Assembly (NCBI GenBank): GCA_003056265.1
Contig: NBVN01000003.1
Location: 1 to 32,000, forward strand
Length of the DNA stretch: 32,000 nucleotides
DNA from: Zestosphaera tikiterensis
Lineage (GTDB): Archaea > Thermoproteota > Thermoprotei_A > Sulfolobales > NBVN01
Reading direction: 5' to 3'
Below are positions 21,963 to 31,219 of this stretch, piece after piece (within the stretch, counting starts at the first letter, position 1; each line of letters begins with the position of its first letter). A program made the translations under genes and the position numbers. The notes under the pieces were generated by a model, which ran no database searches, was not told the origin of the DNA, and saw only the letters and a program-made list of their open reading frames with translations.

Positions 21963-22727
21963 TTAAGCTTTAGGTGCTTGCAGATACTCTACTAGCTCAC
22001 CGCTTGGCATAGTTAAAACTAGGTGTAGAGGTGAATCCGTGCTGAACTCCACTTTAAGAGTGTCTGTTAAGTCTGCTAAGTGAATTACTTTAGCTAGGTA
22101 CTCCTCATCATATGAAGACTTCGAGGGTTCATCCACTTCCAACTCAAGTAATGAACCACCTATTAGAGATAACTTAGCCTCCGCTTTAATGTCCGTCGCT
22201 TTTATAATTAAATGTTGTTTCTCAAGGCTTTCAAACACTAAAGTCCCCCCACCCTTTAAGTCTTCTATAGCGTCTTTAAACGCTTTAGCAACTACCGAAG
22301 CTCTCACGTTAAACTTTACGTTAAGTTCCTCAGGGATTTCAGCTGAGGAAACCTCTATAGATCTGTACTTAAACCTTTTACTCGTTATGGACTCTATGAA
22401 GAACTCGTAGAACGACCCATCCGCTTTAAACGTTAGTTTATCGCCTTTCTTAGGTTTCGGTAGGCTCTTTAACACATCACTTAAGTTAACGCCTACGGAA
22501 AGAGCTGACTTAACGTCGTAGCTAAGGAAGCTGGAAGCCGGTATTTGAATTTTTATTAACGCAACCTGCGCTGGGTCTAAAGCCTTAATCGTAAGGCCAT
22601 CTTCCGAAAAGTTGAAAAGGACTTCATCAACTAAAGCCCCTAAAACCTCGAGTAAGTTAACTAAAACTTTACCGCTGGGATATTCAAAATACACTTTAAA
22701 CTCTTCGAGGCCTTCGTCCAACGTCAA
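21963..22727 (-). CDS. pcn: DNA polymerase sliding clamp PCNA
   Basis: 254 aa, two-domain clamp length. N-terminal LVDEVLFNFSEDGLTIKALDPAQVALIKIQIP pattern. Confidence 0.9.
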   Translation of the reverse strand: MTLDEGLEEFKVYFEYPSGKVLVNLLEVLGALVDEVLFNFSEDGLTIKALDPAQVALIKIQIPASSFLSYDVKSALSVGVNLSDVLKSLPKPKKGDKLTFKADGSFYEFFIESITSKRFKYRSIEVSSAEIPEELNVKFNVRASVVAKAFKDAIEDLKGGGTLVFESLEKQHLIIKATDIKAEAKLSLIGGSLLELEVDEPSKSSYDEEYLAKVIHLADLTDTLKVEFSTDSPLHLVLTMPSGELVEYLQAPKA

Positions 22728-22877
22728 ACACCAAAAATATTTTAAGTGAGAAACTTAATAAAGTGGTGCTCTTAAGAAGCTTGAGTGATGAAGAACACTG
22801 GATCTGACTTTAGATGAAGAACCGTGTGAGGTCTGACGCTTTAATGGTTAAAGCTTTAGTCGTTTTAAAGTATGTAG

Positions 22878-24407
22878 TTAAACAACTTTAAAAGATATGG
22901 TGATGCCGTATTCGTTCTCTAACCTAAGCAACTTACGTTTGATTTTCTTAAGTGATTTAAGCTCTTCCTTAGGAACTACTACAGTAACGTTATTTCCGTC
23001 AATGCTTACTTCAGCTGTAGGCAGTAAAGTCGATAATACGCGTTTTACCCTAGACTCAAACCCTGCGGTTGCTACTCCCCTAACCGGCACCACAACAGTT
23101 TGCTCTCCGAAGGTATACATTTCATACTCTAGCTGACCGTTTAGGAAGTCTCTAACTTCAACGACGGGCCTAGCTAGTTCCGCTTCCCTAAGCCCCGTAG
23201 GCAACTTAACAGTCATACTCACTTCATATACTTTCCTTACCTCACCTTCCTCTATAAAGATAACTGTATCAACCACAGACGGTATCATTCCGAGGTCTAT
23301 CCTACCTATAAATCTTTGTAATGCGTCGATAGCTGAGGTAGCGTGTACCACACCAACCATTCCTATGCCGGCGAGTCTTAAGTCAACGTATAGCTTAAAA
23401 TCCGCGTCTGTTCTCATCTCATCAAATACTGTGTAGTCAGGTCTCGACAGTAGGAGGATGTCATGTAGTTCATCGGGGCTTGCGTAGATCTTCGAATATT
23501 GCGTTACTTCAGCAGGTAGATGCATGTCTCTAGGGGATTCGATAGTTTTAACTACTTTATTCTTTCTCTGGTAGTATTCAGCTAAAGCCTGCGCGAACGT
23601 CGTCTTACCCATGCCTGGCGCACCAGCTATTAAAATGCCTTCAGCCCTCTCGTCCAAACGTCTCATCAACTTCTCTGGGAGCGCGTAATCCTCTAACTTA
23701 GGCCTTGCTAAAGGCTTGACGGCCGTTATCTCCCAACCATCGCTCATAGGCGGTCTAGTTATTATTATCCTGTAATCACCTAACTGTATTATAGTGGAGT
23801 TAGGCCTCTCAACCTCAATTACAGCGTCTGGATCCGTCTTAGCAACCTCCAATATCTCCTCAGCTATGGACTCTATCTCCTCCCTCGTAAGTGGGGTTGA
23901 AGAAAGCCTAACTAACTCCCACTTACCAGGCCTACCCTGTTTAGCGTATGGAGGTGCGTTCTCTTTAAGGTGAACCGACATAGTTCTACTGCCGAAGTAT
24001 TTCTCAAGCGACGTAAGTTTAGTTCTTGGTGGGGGGACGTATAAAACGTTCACGTCTAGAGCTTCAGCAGCTAGCTGCTGGGTCTTAGACGACGTGACTA
24101 ACGTAGCTCCAATATCTGAAGCATACCAACGCACTAAAGCATCTATATCCTCAACCTTCCTACCAGTTGATACGGTTTCTAACTCAACATCCCTAGATCG
24201 ACAAGCAACTTTAACCATCCTCAACTCCTCCAACCCTAGAAGACCTAACGACCTCCCCTCCCTAGCTAAAGCCTCGAAATAATCAACGAGTTCCTTAAGA
24301 ATTACTAACCTACCCTTTACATTACCCTCAATAATTAACTTCCTTAACACACCGTTAGTTATCACACTAGTGTCCGGGACGTAAACCTCCATACCTACTT
24401 CACGCAC
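22878..24407 (-). CDS. PIN-domain plus P-loop ATPase plus KH-domain protein (PilT-family/PINA-like)
   Basis: 509 aa. N-terminal YVPDTSVI (PIN) and Walker A GAPGMGKTT. The start is possibly the ATG at 24392 (MEVYVPD). Confidence 0.88.
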   Translation of the reverse strand: MREVGMEVYVPDTSVITNGVLRKLIIEGNVKGRLVILKELVDYFEALAREGRSLGLLGLEELRMVKVACRSRDVELETVSTGRKVEDIDALVRWYASDIGATLVTSSKTQQLAAEALDVNVLYVPPPRTKLTSLEKYFGSRTMSVHLKENAPPYAKQGRPGKWELVRLSSTPLTREEIESIAEEILEVAKTDPDAVIEVERPNSTIIQLGDYRIIITRPPMSDGWEITAVKPLARPKLEDYALPEKLMRRLDERAEGILIAGAPGMGKTTFAQALAEYYQRKNKVVKTIESPRDMHLPAEVTQYSKIYASPDELHDILLLSRPDYTVFDEMRTDADFKLYVDLRLAGIGMVGVVHATSAIDALQRFIGRIDLGMIPSVVDTVIFIEEGEVRKVYEVSMTVKLPTGLREAELARPVVEVRDFLNGQLEYEMYTFGEQTVVVPVRGVATAGFESRVKRVLSTLLPTAEVSIDGNNVTVVVPKEELKSLKKIKRKLLRLENEYGITISFKVV

Positions 24408-24510
24408 TTTCTCTCAACACCATATACTTAACTAAGATCAAGAGCTTTAAACCGTATATAAGCTTAATAGAGTTTAAAAGAACAGATATAAAAATGATAA
24501 AGGGAGTAGA

Positions 24511-24588
24511 GGCTCCGGTAGCTCAGTTTGGCAGAGCGCGGGGCTGTGGACCCCGAGGTCCCGGGTTCAAGTCCCGGCCGGAGCCCCA
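24511..24588 (+). tRNA. tRNA-His, anticodon GTG, with G-1 and encoded CCA
   Basis: G-1 pairs with C73. Acceptor GCTCCGG/CCGGAGC, D stem GCTC/GAGC, anticodon stem CGGGG/CCCCG with loop CTGTGGA, T arm CCGGG-TTCAAGT-CCCGG, CCA at 24586-24588. Confidence 0.93.
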
Positions 24589-24852
24589 CACATCCTTGAG
24601 GTTTTCCATCAAGTTAACTACATCGCTTGCGATTTCCTTTGCTAGCCTACGCAATTTCTTCGCGGTTAATCTGTAGTTAACTGACCCGTCATCGTTAACT
24701 ACATGGGTTAGCTGGTAGTGACGCACTAAAACCTCAAGAGGGGCTACATACTTAGTAACTACCTTACCGCCGACCCTATACTGCTCGTAGACGTAGAGCC
24801 TACCCTTAACCTTCTTAACGACGAAACCCAACTCAATACCCCCAATTTTCAA
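24523..24852 (-). pseudogene. SSV-type integrase N-terminal fragment, Int(N), reading into the tRNA-His 3' half
   Basis: VKKVKGRLYVYEQYRVGGKVVTKYVAPLEVLV matches the SSV1 Int N-terminal pattern (RKGRYYVYK...ERYVGPL, from memory). The last 20 or so codons (GSGRDLNPGPRGPQPRALPN) are the reverse-complement reading of the tRNA T arm, as in partitioned SSV int genes. TTG start. Confidence 0.7.
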
Positions 24853-24986
24853 TAACTGTAAAGGCCAGAACCTTGCTTCTGCGTTACCTTTCCATTCTCA
24901 GCAGATTCCCTAACGTCACTCGCATAGAATATTATAAACTCCTGGGACATTACTTTATAAGTGTCAGCCTTCGAAGCCTCATACAT
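24849..24986 (-). CDS. Possible 45-aa ORF translationally coupled (TTGA overlap) to the Int(N) fragment
   Basis: MYEASKADTYKVMSQEFIIFYASDVRESAENGKVTQKQGSGLYSY*. No homology evidence. Confidence 0.25.
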   Translation of the reverse strand: MYEASKADTYKVMSQEFIIFYASDVRESAENGKVTQKQGSGLYSY

Positions 24987-25096
24987 TCCAACACGTACAC
25001 TCCTTAGCTCAAGCTATTCTATCAGTTTTCCATTGTTAGCATATCCTAAGCTAAACGTTTATATTTTGCTGAGGTTAGGGTTTTATAGGTGATTAG

Positions 25097-25405
25097 TTGG
25101 GTAGGAGGAGTAGAAAGAGGTATAAACGATTTAAGCCTGTGCAGAGGACCTTACCTAAGGTTTTTCAGTGCCCGGCTTGCGGTATGATGACTTTAATAAT
25201 AGATCTTGAGTCTTACGAGAATGAGTTAGGTGAGGAGAGGAAACACGCTTTAGTTAAGTGCATGAATCCTAAGTGTGGTTTAAGAGCTGAGTTAAGCGAT
25301 TTACCGTCGATATATGAGGTCGTTGACACGTATTCTAAGTTCCTCGATAAGTACAGTAAGGGAGAGTTAACTATATGGTTTGAGAAGGGAGAACAAATTG
25401 AGTAG
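25097..25405 (+). CDS. Elf1-like Zn-ribbon transcription elongation factor
   Basis: 102 aa, TTG start after GGTGA. Basic N-terminus GRRSRKRYKRFKP followed by CPACG...C..PKCG. Confidence 0.8.
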   Translation: MGRRSRKRYKRFKPVQRTLPKVFQCPACGMMTLIIDLESYENELGEERKHALVKCMNPKCGLRAELSDLPSIYEVVDTYSKFLDKYSKGELTIWFEKGEQIE

Positions 25406-26147
25406 GCGGGAAGCTTGGGTAGATAAGCACTTAAGAAGTAAGTTAAGATCTGGGGAGAAGCTGCACTTCACACTTTTTGATCCAGACAAAACACACGTTA
25501 AAGATGTAGACAAGGTAGCTGAGGTGATGGTTGCGGAGGGTACGGACGCTTTCTTAATTGGAGGATCTATAGGCGTATCTGAAGTTGATGTTGACTTAAC
25601 AGTTCAAACACTTAAGAAATGGGGTTTGCCAGTAATCCTATTTCCGGGGAATGTAACTGGGATTTCCAGATATGCTGACGCGATATTGTTCATGACTTTA
25701 ATGAATTCAGACGACCCCTACTTCATAATAGGGGCTCAAGTACTTGGAGCACCTATCGTAGCTAGATACGGTCTTGAGGTACTGCCGACGGCCTACGTAA
25801 TCGTAGGCTATGGTGGTGCAGCTGGATTCGTAGGTAAGGCTAGACCCATACCCTACGAGAAACCGGAGTTAGGCGTTGCTTACGCTTTAGCAGCTAAGTT
25901 TCTAGGGCAGAAATACATATATCTAGAAGCCGGTTCGGGAGCACCAACACCTGTACCCCCTAAGTTCGTCGAGAAGATCTCTAAGGTGAAGGAAGACCTA
26001 GTCTTAATAGTCGGCGGCGGGATTAAAACCTACGAACAAGCTAAGGAGATTATTGAAGCTGGAGCTGACGTAATAGTCACAGGTACGATCGTAGAGGAAA
26101 ACGCTGAGAAAGCTAAGGAAGTTTTAAAAGCTATTAAGCATAGGTAA
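25380..26147 (+). CDS. Geranylgeranylglyceryl phosphate synthase (PcrB/GGGPS family)
   Basis: FTLFDPDK, GTDAFLIGGS, YLEAGSGA and VGGGI motifs. The start is either TTG 25380 or TTG 25398, and both overlap the Elf1 3' end. Confidence 0.88.
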   Translation: MRRENKLSRREAWVDKHLRSKLRSGEKLHFTLFDPDKTHVKDVDKVAEVMVAEGTDAFLIGGSIGVSEVDVDLTVQTLKKWGLPVILFPGNVTGISRYADAILFMTLMNSDDPYFIIGAQVLGAPIVARYGLEVLPTAYVIVGYGGAAGFVGKARPIPYEKPELGVAYALAAKFLGQKYIYLEAGSGAPTPVPPKFVEKISKVKEDLVLIVGGGIKTYEQAKEIIEAGADVIVTGTIVEENAEKAKEVLKAIKHR

Positions 26148-26151
26148 GATT

Positions 26152-27576
26152 TTAACGTTCGAACCTTCTGCTAAATACTTCCTTGCATATCTGGAAAAAC
26201 ACAACGACCACTATCCAAAGCAGGATTAAGTTCCTCGCAATAGCTAACCATTGAGTAGGTGAGTCTATACTCCAGGGATCATATTTAACAGGTAAGGGGA
26301 TGTACCGAGATAAATACGCTCTTAAAGTCTCATCAATGAAAAACGTTAATATAACGCCTGAATTGGCTAGATCAGATATCACATAAAGCATTAAGTTAAC
26401 TTTATCAAGAGCTATTAAAGAAAATGGGGTTATCATTAAAAACATCTGCGGTGAGAAAACGTAGTTAAAAAGTATCGGAGTCGTTAATGATGTGAAGGCA
26501 AAGTTAAGTAACGAAGACTCTGAAGGTTTACCAATTATTAAACGAAAAACTATTAAAACTATAAATATACTCAAGGTAAAAACAGCATAAAATATTCTAT
26601 GGTTAGGGCTTGATATATCATGTATGAATATCATGTAAAGACAGTTCTCACAATACCAGCTGGTATGGTGCTCAATAAATCTTAGAAAACCTTGAGGTGC
26701 TATTAAATAAACCACCATGAAAGGTAGTAAAGCCGTGGAAGCTGCTGTCACGAGATATCCAATTAAGTTTTTTAACGTCTCCTCCCTCCTTAAAACCCTA
26801 TTTAAAAGTTCAAATCCCAACCATGAAGTTAAGCCTATAGTTAATACCTTCGTAGATACGGAGAGTCCGAGAAACATGCCTGACAACGTATACTTCCTAC
26901 GTAAGAAGAGGTAGAAACCAACGATGCTTAACAACGCAGCTATGACGTCCCAATTATATGCAAGGAATATAATAGTGGAAGGCAGTAAGACATATATTAA
27001 AACCCTCTTAGGACTCTTACCTAATAAGGTTAGGATCTTCCCTAAATAAACGTAACTCAAAACAAACGCCGTAGTAAGGAATAAAGATTGAAGTAAATAA
27101 TGCGTTATCAACGCATTGTTATAGATGGTGGGGTAGGGTATTAACGCGGAATCTTTAGGTATGCTTAATCTAAACCCAGCGCATGTTGATATAATCCATA
27201 ATAAAGCAATCACCGGCGGATATTCGAACACGTAGTCTATGTAGGGTAATGGACATGTGAAATTTCCATAAACCAAGCTTAAGTAAGCATTTGGATTAAA
27301 CCAAAACTTAGTTAATTCATCGTAATTGCTTAACAAATCGTAGGAAAACCTAGGATGGTAAACACCATATATTAAGTCACTGTATTTAAACCCAAAGTTG
27401 TTAAGCAGGGGTTGCGTGTTGGGTAGGTGCAAGTATATAGATATTAAAGCTACCGCTGCTGGAGGTAGTAGACGTTTAATTAAGGAATTGGCTTCGAAAA
27501 CGTGAGCCATTAAGACAAGCATCAGTAAGGCAAGACTTAAGAGCACTAGGCCTGGATCCATACATCCAAACCTCAC
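26152..27576 (-). CDS. Polytopic integral membrane protein, possibly a GT-C-type glycosyltransferase
   Basis: 474 aa with more than 10 hydrophobic segments. The function is assigned by general resemblance only. Confidence 0.6.
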   Translation of the reverse strand: MRFGCMDPGLVLLSLALLMLVLMAHVFEANSLIKRLLPPAAVALISIYLHLPNTQPLLNNFGFKYSDLIYGVYHPRFSYDLLSNYDELTKFWFNPNAYLSLVYGNFTCPLPYIDYVFEYPPVIALLWIISTCAGFRLSIPKDSALIPYPTIYNNALITHYLLQSLFLTTAFVLSYVYLGKILTLLGKSPKRVLIYVLLPSTIIFLAYNWDVIAALLSIVGFYLFLRRKYTLSGMFLGLSVSTKVLTIGLTSWLGFELLNRVLRREETLKNLIGYLVTAASTALLPFMVVYLIAPQGFLRFIEHHTSWYCENCLYMIFIHDISSPNHRIFYAVFTLSIFIVLIVFRLIIGKPSESSLLNFAFTSLTTPILFNYVFSPQMFLMITPFSLIALDKVNLMLYVISDLANSGVILTFFIDETLRAYLSRYIPLPVKYDPWSIDSPTQWLAIARNLILLWIVVVVFFQICKEVFSRRFER

Positions 27577-27692
27577 ATATTACCTCACTTCCCCTTATCG
27601 CGGGTAGGCTATGACCCTCTCCCCATTCTGAAGACGGGGTTTTACTGCTGAGTCTTGCGCAGTCGTAAAGCATGGGATATATGTGCTTTATG

Positions 27693-28154
27693 TTATGACG
27701 TAGTGTAGCATACGTTACTTTTCCTTAACTTAATTGCCCTCAACTTAGCTAAAATATCTTCGCTAAATTCTTCAAGCCTTACTTCTGAAACACCTCTTCC
27801 CGTAACTTCACGCTTAACGATGTTCTCCACTACAGCGTAGTTTTTGTATTTGGTGTTTAACTCCCTCCATTTTATGCCTGCTAAAGCTCTACTTAATTCT
27901 TCGTCGTAAGGTAGAACGCCCTCCAACATAAGAACAGCTATGATGGGATACCCTACGTAATCACGGTATGTGGTGCCGTTGTCTGTGCTACATGCCTCAC
28001 TTAAGCTTAAGTTAACGTATACCTTATATTTTCTATCCCCTTCAGACGATATAACTTCGTAGAGGTTCTTACCTAAGTTCTTTATCCTATTATCAGCTAT
28101 AGCTCCTAAAGCTTCAAGGACTTTAATCTTCGGGGGTAGGCTTAAATACTTCAT
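27693..28154 (-). CDS. Hypothetical protein
   Basis: 153-aa ORF with host-like composition. No motif recognised. Confidence 0.65.
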   Translation of the reverse strand: MKYLSLPPKIKVLEALGAIADNRIKNLGKNLYEVISSEGDRKYKVYVNLSLSEACSTDNGTTYRDYVGYPIIAVLMLEGVLPYDEELSRALAGIKWRELNTKYKNYAVVENIVKREVTGRGVSEVRLEEFSEDILAKLRAIKLRKSNVCYTTS

Positions 28155-28215
28155 ACTATATCAATCCTTCACACTCAAAAATTAATGAGTTTAAAAACTA
28201 TTAAAGCATGTTAAC

Positions 28216-28638
28216 CTAACTGGATTCTTCCTTTAATATCTTTTGAGCGTATTCTTCAGGCGTTAAGAGGGTTGACCGCTCACCAGTGACTTTAATCTTA
28301 GCAACCCATCCCTTACCGTAAGGATCGCTGTTTATCAACTCCGGCCTATCCTTCAACTCTTCGTTAACTTCAACTACTTCACCAGTTGCCGGTGCGTAAA
28401 CATCAGCTATAGCTTTAACAGATTCTAAAGTAGCTATAGGTTCACCAACACGTATTTTCTTACCTGGTTCGGCAAGCTCCACACTAACTATATACCTAAG
28501 TTTTTTCTGTGCGTAATCTGTAATGCCTATAGTTAATGTCTCCCCCTCCGTTTTCACCCACTCATCCTTATCTGTGTACATGAGGTCTTTACGAATTACG
28601 TACTCACCCACCTTAGTTTTAATCACTTCCTCAACCAT
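28216..28638 (-). CDS. gcvH: Glycine cleavage system H protein
   Basis: 140 aa with the lipoyl-lysine motif LESVKAIADVYAP. Confidence 0.93.
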   Translation of the reverse strand: MVEEVIKTKVGEYVIRKDLMYTDKDEWVKTEGETLTIGITDYAQKKLRYIVSVELAEPGKKIRVGEPIATLESVKAIADVYAPATGEVVEVNEELKDRPELINSDPYGKGWVAKIKVTGERSTLLTPEEYAQKILKEESS

Positions 28639-28650
28639 TTAACGCCACCT

Positions 28651-29768
28651 TTAAATTAAAGGAAACTCAGATATTTTAATCTCTTGCTTAACGCCTCTAA
28701 CATCTAAATCAAGCTTAAACCCTATATAGGGATGATCCGTTCTAACATATCCCATACCTATGCTCCTGCCGGTAAATGACGAGTAAGCACCACTAGTTAC
28801 ATACCCTACCTCCTCCCTACCTGCGTATATCTTGTAACCGTGTCTTGGAATGCTTTTCACACCTTTCTTAAGTTTGAAACCGACCCTTACCTTAGAGACG
28901 CCTTTCTCGTATATCTCCAGCAACTTAGGACAACCCAAGCACTCCCCCTTATCTAAAGATAGCGGAAGCCAATACCTAGCCTCTATGGGGTTGACGGTTT
29001 CATCCATGTCCTGACCGATTAGGAGATACCCCATCTCAAGCCTTAAGCTATCTCTAGCTATCAAACCCGCCGGCTTAGCCCCAAGTTCTATGGCCTTCTC
29101 GAAAATCTCCTTACCATGACTTACGTCAGTCCATACCTCAAAACCGTAAGACCTGACTTCCTCGCCTGTCCATCCAGAATGACTTACTAAGAATGCCTCC
29201 TTACCTAACAATTCAACTTTATACATAAACTCTAGGATTTTCAGCTTCTTAGCGTCGTGTAAACCTAAACCCTCCATAACCTCAGGCGCTTTAGGACCTT
29301 GAATAGCTAGTAAAGCAGTCTTTAAAGTTACGTCCTCAATATCAACATCGTTTAACCCCCATTCACTTTTCCAGCGGAGCATCCACTCCCGATCACTCAC
29401 TACGTTTGGAGCGTTAACTACAGCTAACCAAGAATCGTCTTTTAGTTTGTAAAGCATAATATCGTCTTTTATCCCAGCCTTCTCATTAAGTAGAAGGACG
29501 GGACCGCTCATAAACCCTTCCTTAACCTCGCTTAAGTCTTTAGTGACTAACTTCTGAAGGAGTTTAAAGGAATCCTTTCCTTTAATTACGTATCGACCCA
29601 TGTGTGATACGTCAAATATTGATACTGAAGTTCTTGTATTTAAATGTTCTTCGGTGGGGCTTCCATAATCCATTGAAGTTATCCAACCAGCGAATTCTCC
29701 GGGACTACCGCCGTATTTCCTTTGAATATCCAGTAGAGGAACTTCCTTAGGCGTTTTAAGTCACCCAT
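28651..29768 (-). CDS. gcvT: Glycine cleavage aminomethyltransferase (T protein); apparent 1-nt frame break near the 5' end
   Basis: The ORF-track M at 29673 is internal. The same frame is open up to 29760 and encodes conserved LKTPKEVPLLDIQRKYGGSPGEFAGW. The only upstream ATG (29768) is in another frame (MGDLK...), and the switch falls at an A4 run (29754-29757). FDVSHMGR motif present. Confidence 0.88.
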
Positions 29769-29829
29769 GAATATAATCCTAAAACAAACTATTTTATTTT
29801 CAATGTAATGCAGTTATCGGTAACAAACA

Positions 29830-31218
29830 ATGCCTCACCACTGGATACCAAATTCTAGCTACGACATAAGGAAAAAGATGCTTGAATATGTCGGAGTTAA
29901 AGACGTGCTCGACTTCTTTAACGACGTACCCGAGAAACTAATCCTTAAAGAACCTCTTAAAGTTGGGTATGGAAGACCTTTAACTGAGTATGAAGTTAAA
30001 AGGGTTTTCAATAACGTAATCTCTAAAAATAAACTACCGCCCATACCTTCATTCATAGGCGGTGGGGTATGTCATCATTACGTCCCGTCGGTAGTGAAAG
30101 CGATACTCTCACGTTCTGAATTTTACACGGCTTACACACCTTACCAACCTGAAATAGCTCAAGGACTTCTTCAAGCGTTTTTCGAATATCAAAGCGTTAT
30201 GGCTGAACTCTACGGAGTAGACATCGTGAATGCTTCGATGTATAACGGAAGTACAGCAGCGGCTGAAGCTGTGCTAATGTCATCTAGAGTTACTAAGAGG
30301 AAGAAGGTGTTGATTAGTAAGGCGGTTCATCCGGAGGTTAGGGACGTCATTAAGACTTGGTGTTTCGGTGCTGGTTTAGAGGTGATTGAAGTAAATTACG
30401 ATGTAAGCACTGGAGAAACTGATTTAAAGGATTTCGAAAGTAAGTTAAGTAATGACGTAGCAGCATCCCTTATACAATCACCTAACTTCTTCGGCGTGAT
30501 CGAAACAAAAATGAGGAGGTTTATAGACGTAACGCATAACGCAGGAGCTTTAGCTATAGTGTATTCCAACCCTATAGCTTTAGGCGTTTTTGAAGCACCC
30601 GGGGCTTTAGGTGCTGACATAGTTGTTGGAGACACGCAAGCGCTTGGTAACGGTTTAAACTATGGCGGTCCTTCAGCAGGGGTTTTAGGGATTAAAGAAG
30701 ATAAGGAATTGCTTCGCCAGCTTCCGGGAAGACTTATAGGTATGACGAAAACAGTTGACGGGGTTGAGAAGGGGTATATGATGATTCTACAGACTAGGGA
30801 ACAGCATATAAGGAGGGAGAGAGCCACCTCAAACATAACCACAAACTCCGCTTTAGAAGCTGTGGCCTCGGTTGTTTACATAGCGCTTTTAGGTGCTGAA
30901 GGACTTCGTCGCTTAGGTGAAGCGATATTAGGTAGGACTGAATACCTAATACGTAGGTTAAGAAGCGTTAAAGACATCGTCGCCCCCTTATTTGCTAATG
31001 GCCTCTACTTCCGTGAGGTTTCGTTTAAGGTTGTGGGTAAGGACTTAAGTGAGGTTTTAAAGAAGCTGGCCTCTGAGGGTATTTACGTAGGTCCTCAACT
31101 CAGCAGGTTCTACGAAGAACTCCCTAACTGCAGCCTTGCGTGCGTTACTGAAGTACATACTTTAGAAGACATAGATACGTTGGTAAGTAAGCTCTCTGAA
31201 GTGCTGGGAGGTGGGTAG
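29830..31218 (+). CDS. gcvPA: Glycine dehydrogenase (decarboxylating) subunit 1
   Basis: 462 aa. N-terminal HHWIPNSSYDIRKKMLEYVGV...FNDVPEKL and the TAYTPYQPEIAQG motif. Confidence 0.93.
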   Translation: MPHHWIPNSSYDIRKKMLEYVGVKDVLDFFNDVPEKLILKEPLKVGYGRPLTEYEVKRVFNNVISKNKLPPIPSFIGGGVCHHYVPSVVKAILSRSEFYTAYTPYQPEIAQGLLQAFFEYQSVMAELYGVDIVNASMYNGSTAAAEAVLMSSRVTKRKKVLISKAVHPEVRDVIKTWCFGAGLEVIEVNYDVSTGETDLKDFESKLSNDVAASLIQSPNFFGVIETKMRRFIDVTHNAGALAIVYSNPIALGVFEAPGALGADIVVGDTQALGNGLNYGGPSAGVLGIKEDKELLRQLPGRLIGMTKTVDGVEKGYMMILQTREQHIRRERATSNITTNSALEAVASVVYIALLGAEGLRRLGEAILGRTEYLIRRLRSVKDIVAPLFANGLYFREVSFKVVGKDLSEVLKKLASEGIYVGPQLSRFYEELPNCSLACVTEVHTLEDIDTLVSKLSEVLGGG

Positions 31219-31219
31219 G

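Noticed and set aside
27577-27692. A GC-richer spacer with two CTGA boxes upstream of the membrane protein gene, considered as a C/D box sRNA.
   Set aside because: There is no acceptable C or C' box (TGATGA), and the D'-to-D spacing (16 nt) is too short for a canonical archaeal sRNA. It is more likely a 5' UTR.
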